DNA of 64,000 nucleotides, taken from Octopus sinensis (Eukaryota). The DNA lies in assembly GCF_006345805.1 (NCBI RefSeq), contig NC_043004.1, positions 44,950,001-45,014,000 on the forward strand, written 5' to 3'. The translations under genes and the position numbers were made by a program. A model generated the notes under the pieces. The model was given only the letters and a program-made list of their open reading frames with translations, was not told the origin of the DNA and made no database searches. Shown piece by piece: positions 12,264 to 25,120 of the stretch; the first letter of the stretch is position 1, and every line of letters starts with the position of its first letter.

Positions 12264-15200
12264 ATATATATATATATTGTATTTTTCATTCAGCATATCT
12301 ATGAAGAAATTTTCTCTCAGACAAAATACACAGGATTATGCTGCTTTTCAATAGTGTATATACATTAAGTATGATACGCAGATAGCTATTTCAATATTTT
12401 ATGTCTTTTTAAGAATATCATTGTTTTATCAATGGCTTGATTGAATCTCTGCATATGATGCACTTTTTATGTGTAGTTGTTTTTATTCATAACAAACTCT
12501 GTATAAATCCATTCATTGTCATCGACATCATCATCATCATCATCATCATCGTCGTCATTGATATGTATTTACTTCTAAATGGCATGGGTTAGACAAAACT
12601 TAGGCAGATTTTCTACAGCTGGATGTTGTTTATTGTTGCCAGTCTCCAATTATTTTTAAGCAAAGTACTGTTCATTCCACTGGCCCTCACACATGATCAT
12701 CATCATTTAACATCTGTATTCCATGCTGGCATGGTGTAGATGGGTTGACAGGATCTGATGGGTTAAGGGCTGCATCATGCTCCAATGATTGCTTTGGCAG
12801 GGTTCCTACAGCTAGGTGTTCTTCCTGATGCCAACCACTTTAAATTGTGTACTGGTTCTTTTTCCATGCTACTAGTAGTGTTGATGTTGCCATGCAGCTT
12901 GCAAGACTAGGAGCCCTGAAGGCAGTGAGGGTCAGCTTTTTGTGACAAGGAGATGAGAGTTTAAAGTATGAAAAAAGTAGTGGGTAAGCAGAGCAGGTTC
13001 TTGTAGTGAGGCTGTATGGTTACTCATATTTAGTAAGGGAACGAGAGACTGATTACTAGATGTGAAGAGATAGCTGTTTGAGATAAGGTATATGGGTGGC
13101 TCCTCAGGGCCTGAGGTGAATAGAAGTGGATGGAAATTTGCAAGATTGTATGAGGAGCAGGAGAGAAGGGAAGGTAGCCTGCAATTATAAATGTATTAAA
13201 AAACTCACCTCAATACAGGGCCTTAATAGTTTCATAAATGATAATCTTATTGGCATTGTTTGATTTTTTTTCATAGAGTTTGCAATTATGTACCTAATGT
13301 TTTTGCTATGTTTGGTTCTATCTATATGTTCACCTTCTTTGTTCCACTCTCTGTTATAATTTCTATATTATCAATGATAATTAGTCACGTATCTTTGTAA
13401 TTTATCAACTTACCATTCCATTTTTCCTGTTATTTATTGATGAACCACTATAAATCTATATTTCTCTTCCTACCTGCTTACTTATTCATGTATCTATCTT
13501 TATAATCCTACCTATCTAGCCAAATATGTCCAGTTGTCTGCTCTTCTGTCAGTCTGTTTGTCTATTTGATATTTACTTACTGATGTCCATATGTCTACTT
13601 GTTTCTTTTTCCCCCTGTATACCTACATAGATCTTGGAATATACATCTCCATTTGCTAATCTATGTTTTCATCTGTGATCCACTGAATGAGAAACCACAT
13701 AACTTCACACACAAGGCACAAGTAGTCCCAGGCTATATATGCACGTTTGTGTATTTCACTATCCTGGCAGTGTATCCTATTCAATTATCTTCACAAACAT
13801 TTAAAAGATGAATAGCAACAGAACAAAATCTTCACTTAACAGGTGGATACGAACTCACGACATTCTGCCATTCAAGCACACCTGTCTACATTGGCGCCGC
13901 CAAACTTTTCCCCATTCATTCTCTACATCAAAATCTGAATGTATGCAGTAATGTAGCATACACATGCATCCACTCACTCCCCAACCCATCAGCAGAGGCA
14001 TGTCTTCATGCAGCATGCATATACAGACATAACCGAAGACACTGCAGATGGCTAACAGTCTAGGAATAATAGCCGACTACTTAAAGCATATATGCATGCA
14101 TGCTCTGACAAATGCCTTGAATGTTGTATATGAAAGTATATAATTTCATCTGCATGCGTGTCCATTGTAGGCAGAGCCATACTGACATATAGGCACCTAC
14201 ATACATTAGGCAGGCAAACATTACGTATTAACGTATGCAATAGATTTTTCAGCTCTCGCGTGGTCATATGTGTATGTGGTTGATGTGGATATGTAATTTT
14301 GCCTGCATATCTCTCCCTCTTCTTGGTTACACACACATACGCGCATAAATATATGTACTCACTTATCAGATGTAAACCAAGATACAATGTGTTTGTATGC
14401 ATGTATTTATATATGTGTGTGTCTGTGTATATATATATATAATACATATATATATATGTAATATATATATATATGTATATACACACACATGCACTTTCAT
14501 ATTTACATATATAAACACACAAAATCAAACACGCCAATAAACAATATTCATACAAAAGAGTGTGTGTGTGTTGGAGTATGTAGATATGAAGCTTCTTGCA
14601 GAACTGAACATTGCCAACACTTCAAAGATGAGTACTAACTCCAGAACTTTCCTCACGCTCTCATACACACATACAAACATAAGCACGCATGTATGTTTGT
14701 ATGAATTTCTCTCTCTCACACACACACACACACAGAAATATATAAATAGTTATATGAATACATGGACCAATGCTCACAGTCACATGCATGCTTCTACAGA
14801 TATATATATATATATATAATGAGGGTTCTTTTAGTTCTTTTGAACAATGCCAGTTCACATCAAAGCCAGGTACCAAATGTTGAAATGATGTTTTATTACA
14901 TACAATAACCAGTATATAAATAAATAAATATGAAAACATTTGTCTTGGAGTTACAGATTTCAATATAATATGTTGGTAAGAGAAAGCAAGGTTTAATTGC
15001 TTCCTGTTGCATTCAGACTTAAACTAGCTAATTCCATTTTTTTTCTCTTCTTCCTATCTTCTCTATTTTCTTTTACTGTCATTCTTTACATCTTTACCTC
15101 TCTATCTTTCTATCTATCTTTTCTCTCCTGTGTACATACAGTTATGGAAATTTCTGTGTGTGAGTGCATGAATATGTATTTATATGTATATAGTTATGTG

Positions 15201-15615
15201 TGTTCTGTGAGTGTGTGTGTGTGTGTATGCCAGAATGGAAAATGAATGTTAAATGATGATGATATACATCTGTATGTAGGTATACATATTTTGCAGCTAT
15301 ACACTCACACACAAGAGTAGTTTGTGTCCAACAGAATGCTCTGCAGTATTTTTTTCCATCACTCTACATCGTGAGTTCAAATCCTGCTAAGGTTAACCTC
15401 AAAAATGCATGAATAAAAAAAATGTATCAATACATGCTAGTGGATAGATGAAACTATGTCAGACTGGACACCATGTGGTTCTTAGCATTCTGAGTTCAAA
15501 TCTTGCCATGGTCTGCTTGAGTTGTAGATTTAACCTGTTGCCACCTGAAATCTTGAGTGCATTTAGCAGCCCACTCTTTTGCAAGCTGCAAGCATATGGG
15601 CTTGGTTTCTGGTTT

Positions 15616-16292
15616 GAAGATATCCTCCTACCTTCCTGCACCATTAATCAATTGGGTTTGATAAATATTTGTTTCTTTGACCTATTCTTGAGTATAGTTG
15701 GGATGTTAATTCTAAAACTGGCATCAGTTATGATCTTTCAGCTCTACTAAATTAAAGATCTGTTATTTTGATATGTACATAATATTAATGCTTTTAGTGC
15801 ATTGCATGCTATTAAGACAACTATGCATTAATAAATCAGTTTATTTTGGCACAAAAGCTTAAAGGTATTGAACAAAGACAGTCTGTTTTGGCTACTTATG
15901 CAGTAAATTCCCTGAATTAAAATCAGAAGAAGAAAGCAGTGATTTTTAATGGTCCCTAGATAAGAGAGCTTATAAAAAAATATTTATCTCATAAATTCAG
16001 TGGACAGGCAGTGTCTTATGAATGAATGGTTTTAGTTTGTTCTAGTCATCAAAAACTTACTTAAGCAGAGGACATACTATCCAATTTTAATAAGCTTTGC
16101 TGTAACATGAATATCAAGGTCCATTATCTCTTTGGTTACTTAAATCACTTTCCATAAAAGCTTTATGATTTAAACAAAGAGCAAGATGAAAGATTTTATC
16201 TGAGTATGAAAGCACTGGAAGAGCAGTACCAGTGAACATTCAGCAAGGCAGTCCTGATAAATTTCTTTCTAGAAAGTCCTATAAAAAATTAA
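15616..16292 (+). pseudogene. Decayed CMC-superfamily (Chapaev3-type) DNA transposase, C-terminal part
   Basis: Manual translation across stops and frameshifts gives, in order: EDILLPSCTINQLGLI, KVLNKDS/CFGYLCSKFPEL, KAVIFNGP*IRELIK, FVLVIKNLL, CNMNIKVHYLFGYLNHFP*KLYDLNKEQDERFYLSMKALEEQYQ, SPDKFLSRKSYKK. These match in order the recalled family motifs LLPPLHIKLGL, KALDKDGxCFKYLCSKFP, KEGIFVGPQIRELIK, CNMSLKVHFLHSHLDxFPENLGAVSEEQGERFHQDIKxMExRYQ and HSRKSYKR. Confidence 0.8.
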
Positions 16293-16554
16293 AAAAAAAT
16301 TCTGCAGCATTTACTGACTGGTCGTTTTATATGTTTTGTGCTTTTTTTTTCTTTTTTGGTGGGGTTGATTTCCTTGTAAAAGATATTTGGCTACTATTTC
16401 TAGCTGGTCACGACTGTAGAGGCTTCCTCATTGGCTCCTGTCTGGCCAACTCTTGCAATGTTTTGTTGCATTAGAACATCTAAACTAATTCTGTCAATAG
16501 ATCAGCTGAGGCAGATTAAAGTAAACCTGAACAGTGGCTTCATCACCAATGGTT

Positions 16555-16593
<39 letters not shown>

Positions 16594-17174
16594 ATAAGAT
16601 TAGACCTAAACATATAACAACTGAAGGAAGAAGTTATGCAATGTTGAGATTTACAGCAAAGCTATCATTACATTCAAAATCTGTCCACAGTTTCTACCAG
16701 CATCGTTAGAAAATACAATGAATATAAAATTCATTGTATGGTAATGAAATGGTAATGATTTCTCCTCTCCTCTTGCAACCTACAAACTAGATTTATAGGA
16801 TCACCGTACTTCTCTGTCATCAATGGCTCAACAGTTTTCTTTTTATCAATCACTACATTTTTCTAAAAATGTATTTAATGTATGACATGAAATGGAAAGC
16901 CAACTGTGGCATACCACACTTACTCATGCACACAGCAAAAAGAACCTCTAACGAAAAAACAACCACACACGCCATTCCCCCTTGTCCATAAACACTGGAC
17001 AAGCAAAATAACATTGTGTTGTCTTCTAAGTATAATTATGGTGATGTTTCTTTGGTAGGCTGTTGTTTATATTTTGTCATGTGATACAGTGTATCATCTG
17101 CTCAGTGTGTAGTCACATCCTCCATCTGTTTATTCTCAAATTCCTACACCTTATTTCTCTTTCCCTAATACCTA

Positions 17175-17222
17175 TGTGTGTCTGTCTGTCTGTTTGTTTG
17201 TTTATCTGTCTGTCTGTCTGTC

Positions 17223-17311
<89 letters not shown>

Positions 17312-17469
17312 ATAATTATCTATCTATCTCTGTCTATCTGTCTATCTCTATCTATCTATATAATTATCTATCTATCTCTGTCTATCTGTCTATCTCTATC
17401 TATCTATCTAATTATCTATCTATTTATCTCTTTCTGTCTATCTGTCTATCTCTATCTATCTATCTATCG

Positions 17470-17500
<31 letters not shown>
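17175..17500. repeat. (TCTG)n/(TCTA)n tetranucleotide array with short internal duplications
   Basis: Directly visible; the block tctatataattatctatctatctctgtctatctgtctatc is repeated. Confidence 0.95.
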
Positions 17501-17564
17501 ATCACATAAACATATATACATAGCATGCACACATGAATACACACACACACACACACACACACAC

Positions 17565-17602
<38 letters not shown>

Positions 17603-18264
17603 TAGCATTACCTTTATTCTGTCTGTGTTTCCCTCTCTTTCTCTCTCGTCAATAGTGTTTGTCTTTTCTCTAATTCACTTTCTCTCTGTATATCCTGGTT
17701 GCTTCATCTGAACTTTCTTGTCCTTTCATAACTGTTCTGTTGTTAATTATATTATTTATTCCTCATTCTCACTCTCTCTGAAATGCTTACTTTTTTTTTT
17801 TCTTATAAACACTCACCCACATACACACACATGTTCACCATATGTATCCAATTTTATAAAATATGGTAGATATTACTGTCACTCTTTAGCATATTGAATT
17901 TATAACGTCAACCAGATAGGTACAGTTTTGTTTTGAAAGTACGTGATAATTTTCAAATTCATGCACACATGATGCATATGTTACATACGATGTACACCTA
18001 CACTACTATCTCCATAACTCAGGTGAGACTCTTGTCTAATATTGATCCCACATCTGGAACTGTGCTACTACTCAGCTGATTAGCATAAAGTCTCCAACAA
18101 ACACACTTGCTGTCTCCTCTCTATTTCTTTTTTCTACCTCTATCGTCCCTGTTTTATGAATCTAGCTGTTCTCATGTTGCCTCAGGTCCCTTATCTTCCT
18201 CACTTCTGCTTCTCCTGTTGCTCATGTTGTATATTCCTTCCCTGTACCTGATTTTTCTACAGTC

Positions 18265-18400
18265 ACCAACCTTCAACAGTTCAGGAAGAATGTTAATGGC
18301 ACCAATCTCTCATGTATTGGCGAGATCTGTGGCCCCTACCAAAGAAAGAACATTGACTTTCTAGAAGCTTTGGTCACAAAGCCTTTCCAGATTGTTGATT
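18265..18400 (+). pseudogene. Possible highly decayed CR1/L2-like LINE RT C-terminal fragment
   Basis: One frame reads GTNLSCIGEICGPYQRKNIDFLEAL, resembling the LINE motif RPxLEYxxxIWxPYxKKxIxxLE. The match is short and weak. Confidence 0.3.
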
Positions 18401-20166
18401 TTGTTCTGAACCAGGGTTGGTCACTTAGGGCAACACACTCTAAATTAAGCAAATATTAAATTTACCTTAATAATCAAATGAAATACAAGTACCTGTTCAT
18501 TAGTATAATTAATACAAAAATATTGTGTTACGGGCAAAGTATTATTCTGTGATAGTTTCCATTAAACTAATCTGACAGCTGCCGGTATTTTAAATTCTTG
18601 CTCATAAATTAGTACAGATTATAAAAGGTTCTGGATGATCAGTAACCAGAAAGTCAGTGTTATAATTGTGTGTGTTTGCATATGTGTGTGTGTGTGTGTG
18701 TACTCTAAAGTACATGTACTTTAGAGTATATATAGTTTACTTATAATGCCCCCATCCCACATAATGCATTCATACACACGCATCAATAAAAACATGCAAA
18801 GCAAATATAGTTAGACAATGGACAGTTTTTTTTTTCTATGAAATCTTCCTATGAACACATATACGTAAATATCCCACTCCCACACACAGCCAACACACAA
18901 AGAGGATCAATGAATACATAGATGTGTGTTTCTGTTTTTGAGTACAAACCCAGAGCACATGCTGTGTATAATTTTAAGTCATTCCACGAAAATAAAAAAA
19001 TAAATATAAAATGTGCCTATATTGATTTGATCTACAAAATAAATCTACAAAAATTGATTGATTAATGAACACATAGGCACCTACACACACATACAAACAG
19101 GTATCTACATGTGCACACACATACACCTACAAATAAATACACAAATTATTTACAGACATCATGCAAAGATGTATATGTTTACAGAACAAACAAACTATAT
19201 TCTTATAAATACAAATCCTTATACATGCATGCCTGCACATTTACTTCCCAACCACATGGTTCTGGGTTCAATCCCAGAGCCTTTTTTTTATAACTCTGAT
19301 CCAACTAAAAATTTGTGTGTAGATTTGGAAGAAAGAATCTGAAAGAACCCTGTTGCATGCACACACATACACACACATGCACACATATACAGTGTGCACA
19401 CATATGTGTGCAAACATGTGTGTATGGCACATACAAACATATATGTACAACATATGTAAACACACACACATACATGCACACGCATGTATGTATACATATA
19501 TAAACACGTGTAAATGTTAGTATCTCCTTTTCTTCACATTTTCTGATAGTTTTAAACAAGTCTTAGCATCATATATGTGTTGTCATTAATTTCTAATCTT
19601 CTGTGAAACCATCTCCTGTCATGGGGAAATATTAAATTACTTGTAAACAGATAAAGGCTTGATAACAAAAAAGGCATCCAGCTGTAGAAATTCTTCCTGA
19701 AAGAATTCTGCCTGGGTTATGCGAACATAGAAAAAGATATGTTACAACAATGATGATGTATCTATATGCGTGCATACCACCAAAGGCATAATTATGTAGT
19801 TAGTGACATAACTAGATGGTTGGCATATATTTATAACAAACTGTTTAGCACGTAGTGCATTATGATCAATACAGTTTACATATGTAAAATTAATGCTTAA
19901 CATGAATGCTACTGAACATTACTGGGGGGAGTGACACTGTGGCAAGTTTCTGAAATCATTGTGAACTCCATTTGATAAAGGGAATTTCCTAGAGTGCCTG
20001 CTGAATCTTATATATAAGTGTGATATGTTTAATGGATAAAATCACAAAGACGAAACATAGATTATTTATATAGCCCAGCAGATCTCAACCATGGTTACAT
20101 GTAACTTTCAAGCATCTTTCCAGCAGCCCTTGATGGTCTTCCCTCTATAAATATAAAAACTTTTAT

Positions 20167-20582
20167 GGATCTTTTCGGCTTGAATGGAAGTTTTTAACAT
20201 AATTTCTAGGTAACTAAAAAATTTTAAACTTCATATGCTGGTAGAATGTGTTTATAAAACATCTTTTTCTCTTGGCTTTATTGAGAAAATTCTATAGTTT
20301 GTAAGATATTTGTTGTTTTTTTCTTCAATTTCTGCAATTTCAACCAATCACTGACGTCTATTGAAGGTGAAAACATTCTGTGCCGTATGAATATGTCCCT
20401 CGTTTAAGAAACAGATTGGGTTTATTTACATTTGTGAAGAAAAAAAGATACCCTTCCCCCCACCCCTAACCCTAACCCTAAAATAGATTGAAATGCAATA
20501 GATCGATACTAGGGTCATAATTATGGGTGACAATTTCATATGACAGCACTAGAAAAAACTGCCGTTCAAACTGAAAAAATCC
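20167..20582. mobile_element. MITE with ~29-bp GG-terminal TIRs and internal (CCCTAA)n, copy 1
   Basis: Ends ggatcttttcggcttgaatggaagttttt and aaaaactgccgttcaaactgaaaaaatcc. Closely similar to the copy at 28049-28486. Confidence 0.9.
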
Positions 20583-21315
20583 AATTTTTCTTCAACTGAC
20601 TTGTCTTTTACTTTTTGGTGTGAACACCCTAAAAAAACTTCTGGGTTTTGAATCTGGTCCAAATATTAGAAAGGCTGAGAACCACTGACATAAGCACTTC
20701 ATGTCTTTATAGTTAAGAAGTTTGCTTCACAACCATGTAATTTTGGAGTCACTCTCAATGCTTAGCACCTTGGGCCAACCAAAGGCTTGTGAATAGATTT
20801 AGTCGATGGAAACTGATTGAAGCCTATTAAGTGTGTATACATATATATATATATCTGTGTGCTTAGTACGTTAGTGAGTTCATATTTCTCTTTGTCTTAT
20901 TGTGTGTTTGCTTGTATACAATGACCTAAAGGTTCATGCGGACAGAGCTGTTTGGTTGTTGTCCATTCTGAATGCATGCCCAAACTTCTTGATGGGTTAC
21001 ACAATCTTTATAAACAAGAGGTTAATTTATATGGTGCCGTTAGTCTCTAGTGCTCTGTGTAACCATGTTTGGGTTAGTCATTGTTTAGTAGACTGAGGGA
21101 TTGCTACCTCACATGGAAATGGGTAGGTTTGGCATCAGGAATGGCATCTGGCTATAGAAAACTCTGCCCCAGCATACTCTTGTCTAATCTTTTCATGTAT
21201 GGAAAAGTAGACATTAGGCCAATGATGATGCTGATGATACATCGATATTTAAATATCGATATTACCAAGTGGCCAGCATGGGAAAAAATACCATACAAAG
21301 GTAAGAATTTTTTAC

Positions 21316-21457
21316 AACTAAAAATAAGGGTGTCTGAGAGACACCACGATGCTGAAATAGCAGTCAAATCCCTGACTCTTTAAGGTGGTCTTTAGAGTCA
21401 GGGATTTGACTGCTATTTTGGGATGGTGGTGTCTCTCAGACACCCTTATTTTTAGTT
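21316..21457. repeat. 142-bp near-perfect inverted repeat (hairpin or foldback MITE)
   Basis: Arms 21316-21379 and 21394-21457 are 60/64 Watson-Crick complementary, with a 14-nt loop. Confidence 0.9.
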
Positions 21458-21498
21458 ACACACACATATATATATAATATATATATATATATAGTGTA

Positions 21499-21536
<38 letters not shown>

Positions 21537-22451
21537 GTGTATGTGTGTGTGTGTGTATGTATATATATATATATATATATATCATCATCATCATTTAACG
21601 TCTATTTTCCATGCTGGCATAAGCTGGGCGGTTTGACTGAGGTTTGGAGAGCCAGCGGCTGCACCAGGCTCCAGTCTGATCTGGCAATGTTTCTACAGCT
21701 GGATGCTCTTCCTAACACCAACCACTCCAAGTGTGTAGTGGGTGTTTTATATTTATATAGGTGTGTTTATGTACTTTTGTCTTGACATCAAGGTGAAAAA
21801 TGAGTATCACTGTCATACAAGCAGTCTTCTGTAAAAAAATATATCTGGGCATATGAAATAACCTCATTGGGAACAGGTAAGGGTTCCCTACAGGATGGGT
21901 CTCAACTCTAGAAGATCTGCTTCAACAAATTCAGCCTGGAAAAATTAACATCTGTTGATTATCTGACTGAAGTTGACTCTCTGGGCTTTTAGTTACCAAC
22001 ATCAACACCATTAGCGGGAGATTTTCTTCATGTATTGCTTGTGTATTTTCAGTTGACTGAAGCTTTCTACCTCACCATATTACATTTGTGAGACGCTTCT
22101 GTAAGAGTATATATATTATGTAGAACACTCCCTGGAGGTATGTTCCCACAATAATATGTTGATATACAATACATAAATATAGCATTCAAAATTGGAAGCT
22201 TGAAGAAAGAGGCTCCAACAAAAGAGCTAAAATTTACATTAAAAATGGAAATGATTGAAATCTGTAATGAATAAAAGTTCTTATAAGAATACCCACATGG
22301 AGGTATTCTGATTTTTCAAACTTACAACACCTGATATCAACATGGAATAAAAGGTGTGAATTTGCTCAGAGAGATACTAGCTTTTCCATTGTTTTTCAGC
22401 TCTGTCTGTCTGTCTATTTGGCTGTCTCTGTGTGTCTCTCTCTCTCTCTCT

Positions 22452-22790
22452 GCCCCTCCCTCTGCACTCCTCTCTCTCTCTCCTGCTCCCTCCCTCTGCA
22501 CTCTTCTCTCTCCTGCTCCCTCCCTCTGCACTCCTCTCTCTCCTGCCCCCTCTATCTGCACTCTCTCTCCTGCCCCCTCCCTCTGCACTCCTCTCTCTCC
22601 TGCCCTCTCCACTCCTCTCTCTCCTGCCCTCTCCATCTGCACTCCTCTCTCTCCTGCTCCCTCTGCACTCCTCTCTCTCCTGCCCCTTCCATCTGCACTC
22701 CTCTCTCTCCTGCTCCCTCCCTCTGCACTCCTCTCTCCTATCTCCTCCCTCTGCACTCCTCTCGCCCTTGCTTCCTCCTATTTTTTCTTT
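22452..22790. repeat. Pyrimidine-rich minisatellite (~24-32-bp unit ctctgcactcctctctctcctgctccctcc)
   Basis: About 11 visible tandem units, followed by a CT-rich tract to ~23155. It explains the 302-aa LSPAPS ORF. Confidence 0.9.
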
Positions 22791-23489
22791 TCCCTTCACT
22801 CCTCACCTTTTGTTCTTTTCCTTTTTCTCACTAACTTCTATTCTATCTCACACCTGTCTGTCTGTCTCTCTCTCTCTTGCATTCTTTTTTTTTTCTGCCT
22901 CTATCTTCTGTTCTCATTTCCTTTCCATCTCTATCATCTACTCTCTTCTTCTTTCTGCCTCTACCTTTTACTCTCTTTTATTTGTCTTTTTCTGTCTCTT
23001 TCTGTATTTTTCTCTTTTTCTCTTTGTCCATACCTTTTATTCTCTCTTTTCTTTCCGTCTCTACATTGTACTCTTTCTTGTTCAGTTATCCTGACCTTCT
23101 ATTCTCTCACTCTCTTTCTTTCCGTCCCCACCTCTCTCTCTCTCTCTCTCTCAAAAGCATCTTACTTAATGATAATACTGCGAATACCATACACAGCGGC
23201 CATCATTCTAAATGACAGCGCTATACTAGACAGCCAATCAATCTATGAGTGTCTTATACAATAAGACCAAAATAGAGTCATGCGCATACAGCTTATTAAA
23301 TCAGAAACAAATTATGTCAAAATAGACGCAAAACAAAACAAGAAACACAACCAAATGCAAAAAGACATGGAATTTTTGTGTAGGATGATGATGATTTATT
23401 CAAAATGTCTGAGATTCCAGCTACTTGTTTTCGAGTTTCCATCTTTTAAAGAATTATTTAAGTGTAATATCATGTAGAATTGTTTTAGT

Positions 23490-23860
23490 TGTTTCGCCCT
23501 GGGTCAGCTCTAGTAGAGCTGACAGCTAGACGTATGATTAAAGAAAGACATTCCATCCTTGCAAAACCATACCATCTTCTGTTCTGGGGTAATGTTTCTC
23601 AGATAATCATTATCTAATGTGGCCTATTTTAAGATGTTTTTGTGTGAATATGTATGTGAAAGGCATGTGGCTTTGTCGTTTCTAAAATGCGCACTGACTT
23701 TCTCTTTGTATCATTATTCTCTCAATAGGCTTCAAACAGACTTTAACTACTTTATCCAAGTGTGATTTGAAGGAACTTTGGTTGCTATTTCTAACGGATG
23801 GTGTGACCATGTGATAGTTCCCTTATTAGCCCAGTGCAGAATTGTTGTTTAGGTCCACTC
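23490..23860. mobile_element. Unclassified interspersed repeat (ttgtttagccc..ggttgctatttctagc family)
   Basis: 23760-23860 aligns by eye with 24555-24660 (gaaggaxtttggttgxtatxtctaac..gtgaccatg..gcagaattgttgtttagg). A reverse-oriented relative lies near 8670-8860. Confidence 0.5.
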
Positions 23861-24209
23861 CTGATCAGTAGAATCAAAGACATTAAAAAATGACCAACTT
23901 ATTTCTTTTGTTGGACCTGTTTCGTTTAAGATGTTTCTGTGTGAATTCATGAAAGCAAGTGGTGTGGGTGTTGGGTTTATGATTGTTTGGTCGTAGGTTC
24001 TAGTCCTGTGGCTGAGCAGTATGTTGTGTATTTTAGCAACAAACCTCGCTTCACATTGCTTTAATTTACTCACTCGAAAATGTTTATTAGCAGCAGTTGG
24101 TGGTGGTGTACATGCAGGTGTGTGTGTGTAGCGAGGTTTATTAAACATGCTACAGACTGGCATTCCATTCAGTGAGAAGGGGAGTTTTGTACTCTCCGTT
24201 GCTTAAATC

Positions 24210-24490
24210 ATCATCATCATCATTTAGCGTCCGCTTTCCATGCTAGCATGGGTTGGACAGTTCAACTGGGGTCTGGGAAGCCTGAAGGCTGCACCAGGCC
24301 CAGTCTGATCTAGCAGTGTTTCTATGGCTGGATGCTCTTCCTAACGCCAACCACTCCATGAGTGTAGTGGGTGCTTTTTACGTGCCACCCGCACAGGTGC
24401 CAAACGGGGCTGGCAGACAGCCACGGACGGATGGTGCTTTTTACGTGCCACCGGCACGGAGGCCAGTTGGGGCAACGCTGGCAACTAAAT
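24210..24490 (-). mobile_element. Retroposon family C with RTE-like 3' end and (TGA)n tail
   Basis: Contains ggttggcgttaggaagxgcatccagc and ends ccaacccatgctagcatggaaagcggacgctaaatgatgatg on the minus strand. Carries ~2 copies of the ~62-bp unit expanded at 42829-44520. Other copies at about 12540-12900(-), 21100-21235, 21585-21760(-), 27840-28035, 31470-31675, 42090-42295, 42390-42570(-), 45290-45440, 50070-50290(-) and 57910-58060(-). Confidence 0.8.
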
Positions 24491-25120
24491 GCAGTGGAAA
24501 TTTGAATAAACTCTGACATAATAGGCCTGTAGGCTTAAGACAGCATTTAACTAGTGTGTTCTGAAGGAGTTTGGTTGTTATATCTAACAGCTGAAGTGAC
24601 CATGCAATGGTTCCCTCACTAGCTTAATGCAGAATTGTTGTTTAGGCTCCTTAGTTAAACCTGATTGAGCAAATGTATGCAGACAATAACCAGCCCATCA
24701 TTTTTATAATTTTTTTCAGCTGTACCTTGAAAAACATTTAGTTTGTCCCTTTATAAGATGGTCATTTGTGGTTTGAGAGAAATTTTACTATTTATTGCAG
24801 TTTAGGGAGTCATATAGAGCAGAAGTGGGAAACCATATTTCATCAGGAGCAAATTACAAGTGTATAAGAATGTAATAAGATGCATTTTTGTTGCAGAAAA
24901 TTAAGCAATCTTTAATTTTACAAATTCATGGTTATGTCTTGTCACCATCATCACTTTTACATTTGTTTATTACACAGGTTGGCTTGGGATAAACAAAATT
25001 TCTTGAGGGAGTGTTCTATAGTTGGATGCTCTTCTTCATGTGGTGCCAGTTTTCTTTAATTATTCCAAGTCTTTAGACATTGAACTGTCAAGCTTCAGGA
25101 TTTTTGTTTACTCACAACAT

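Noticed and set aside
18000-18030. Recursive-site-like ctatctccataactcag|gtgaga
   Set aside because: The polypyrimidine tract is poor, making it much weaker than the 53436 site.
20464-20481. Chromosome end or fusion scar suggested by (CCCTAA)n
   Set aside because: The tract is internal to a TIR element present twice in the window.
22356-23264. 302-aa Leu/Ser/Pro-rich ORF as a membrane protein
   Set aside because: It is produced by the CT-rich minisatellite and polypyrimidine tract; overlapping frames are equally open.
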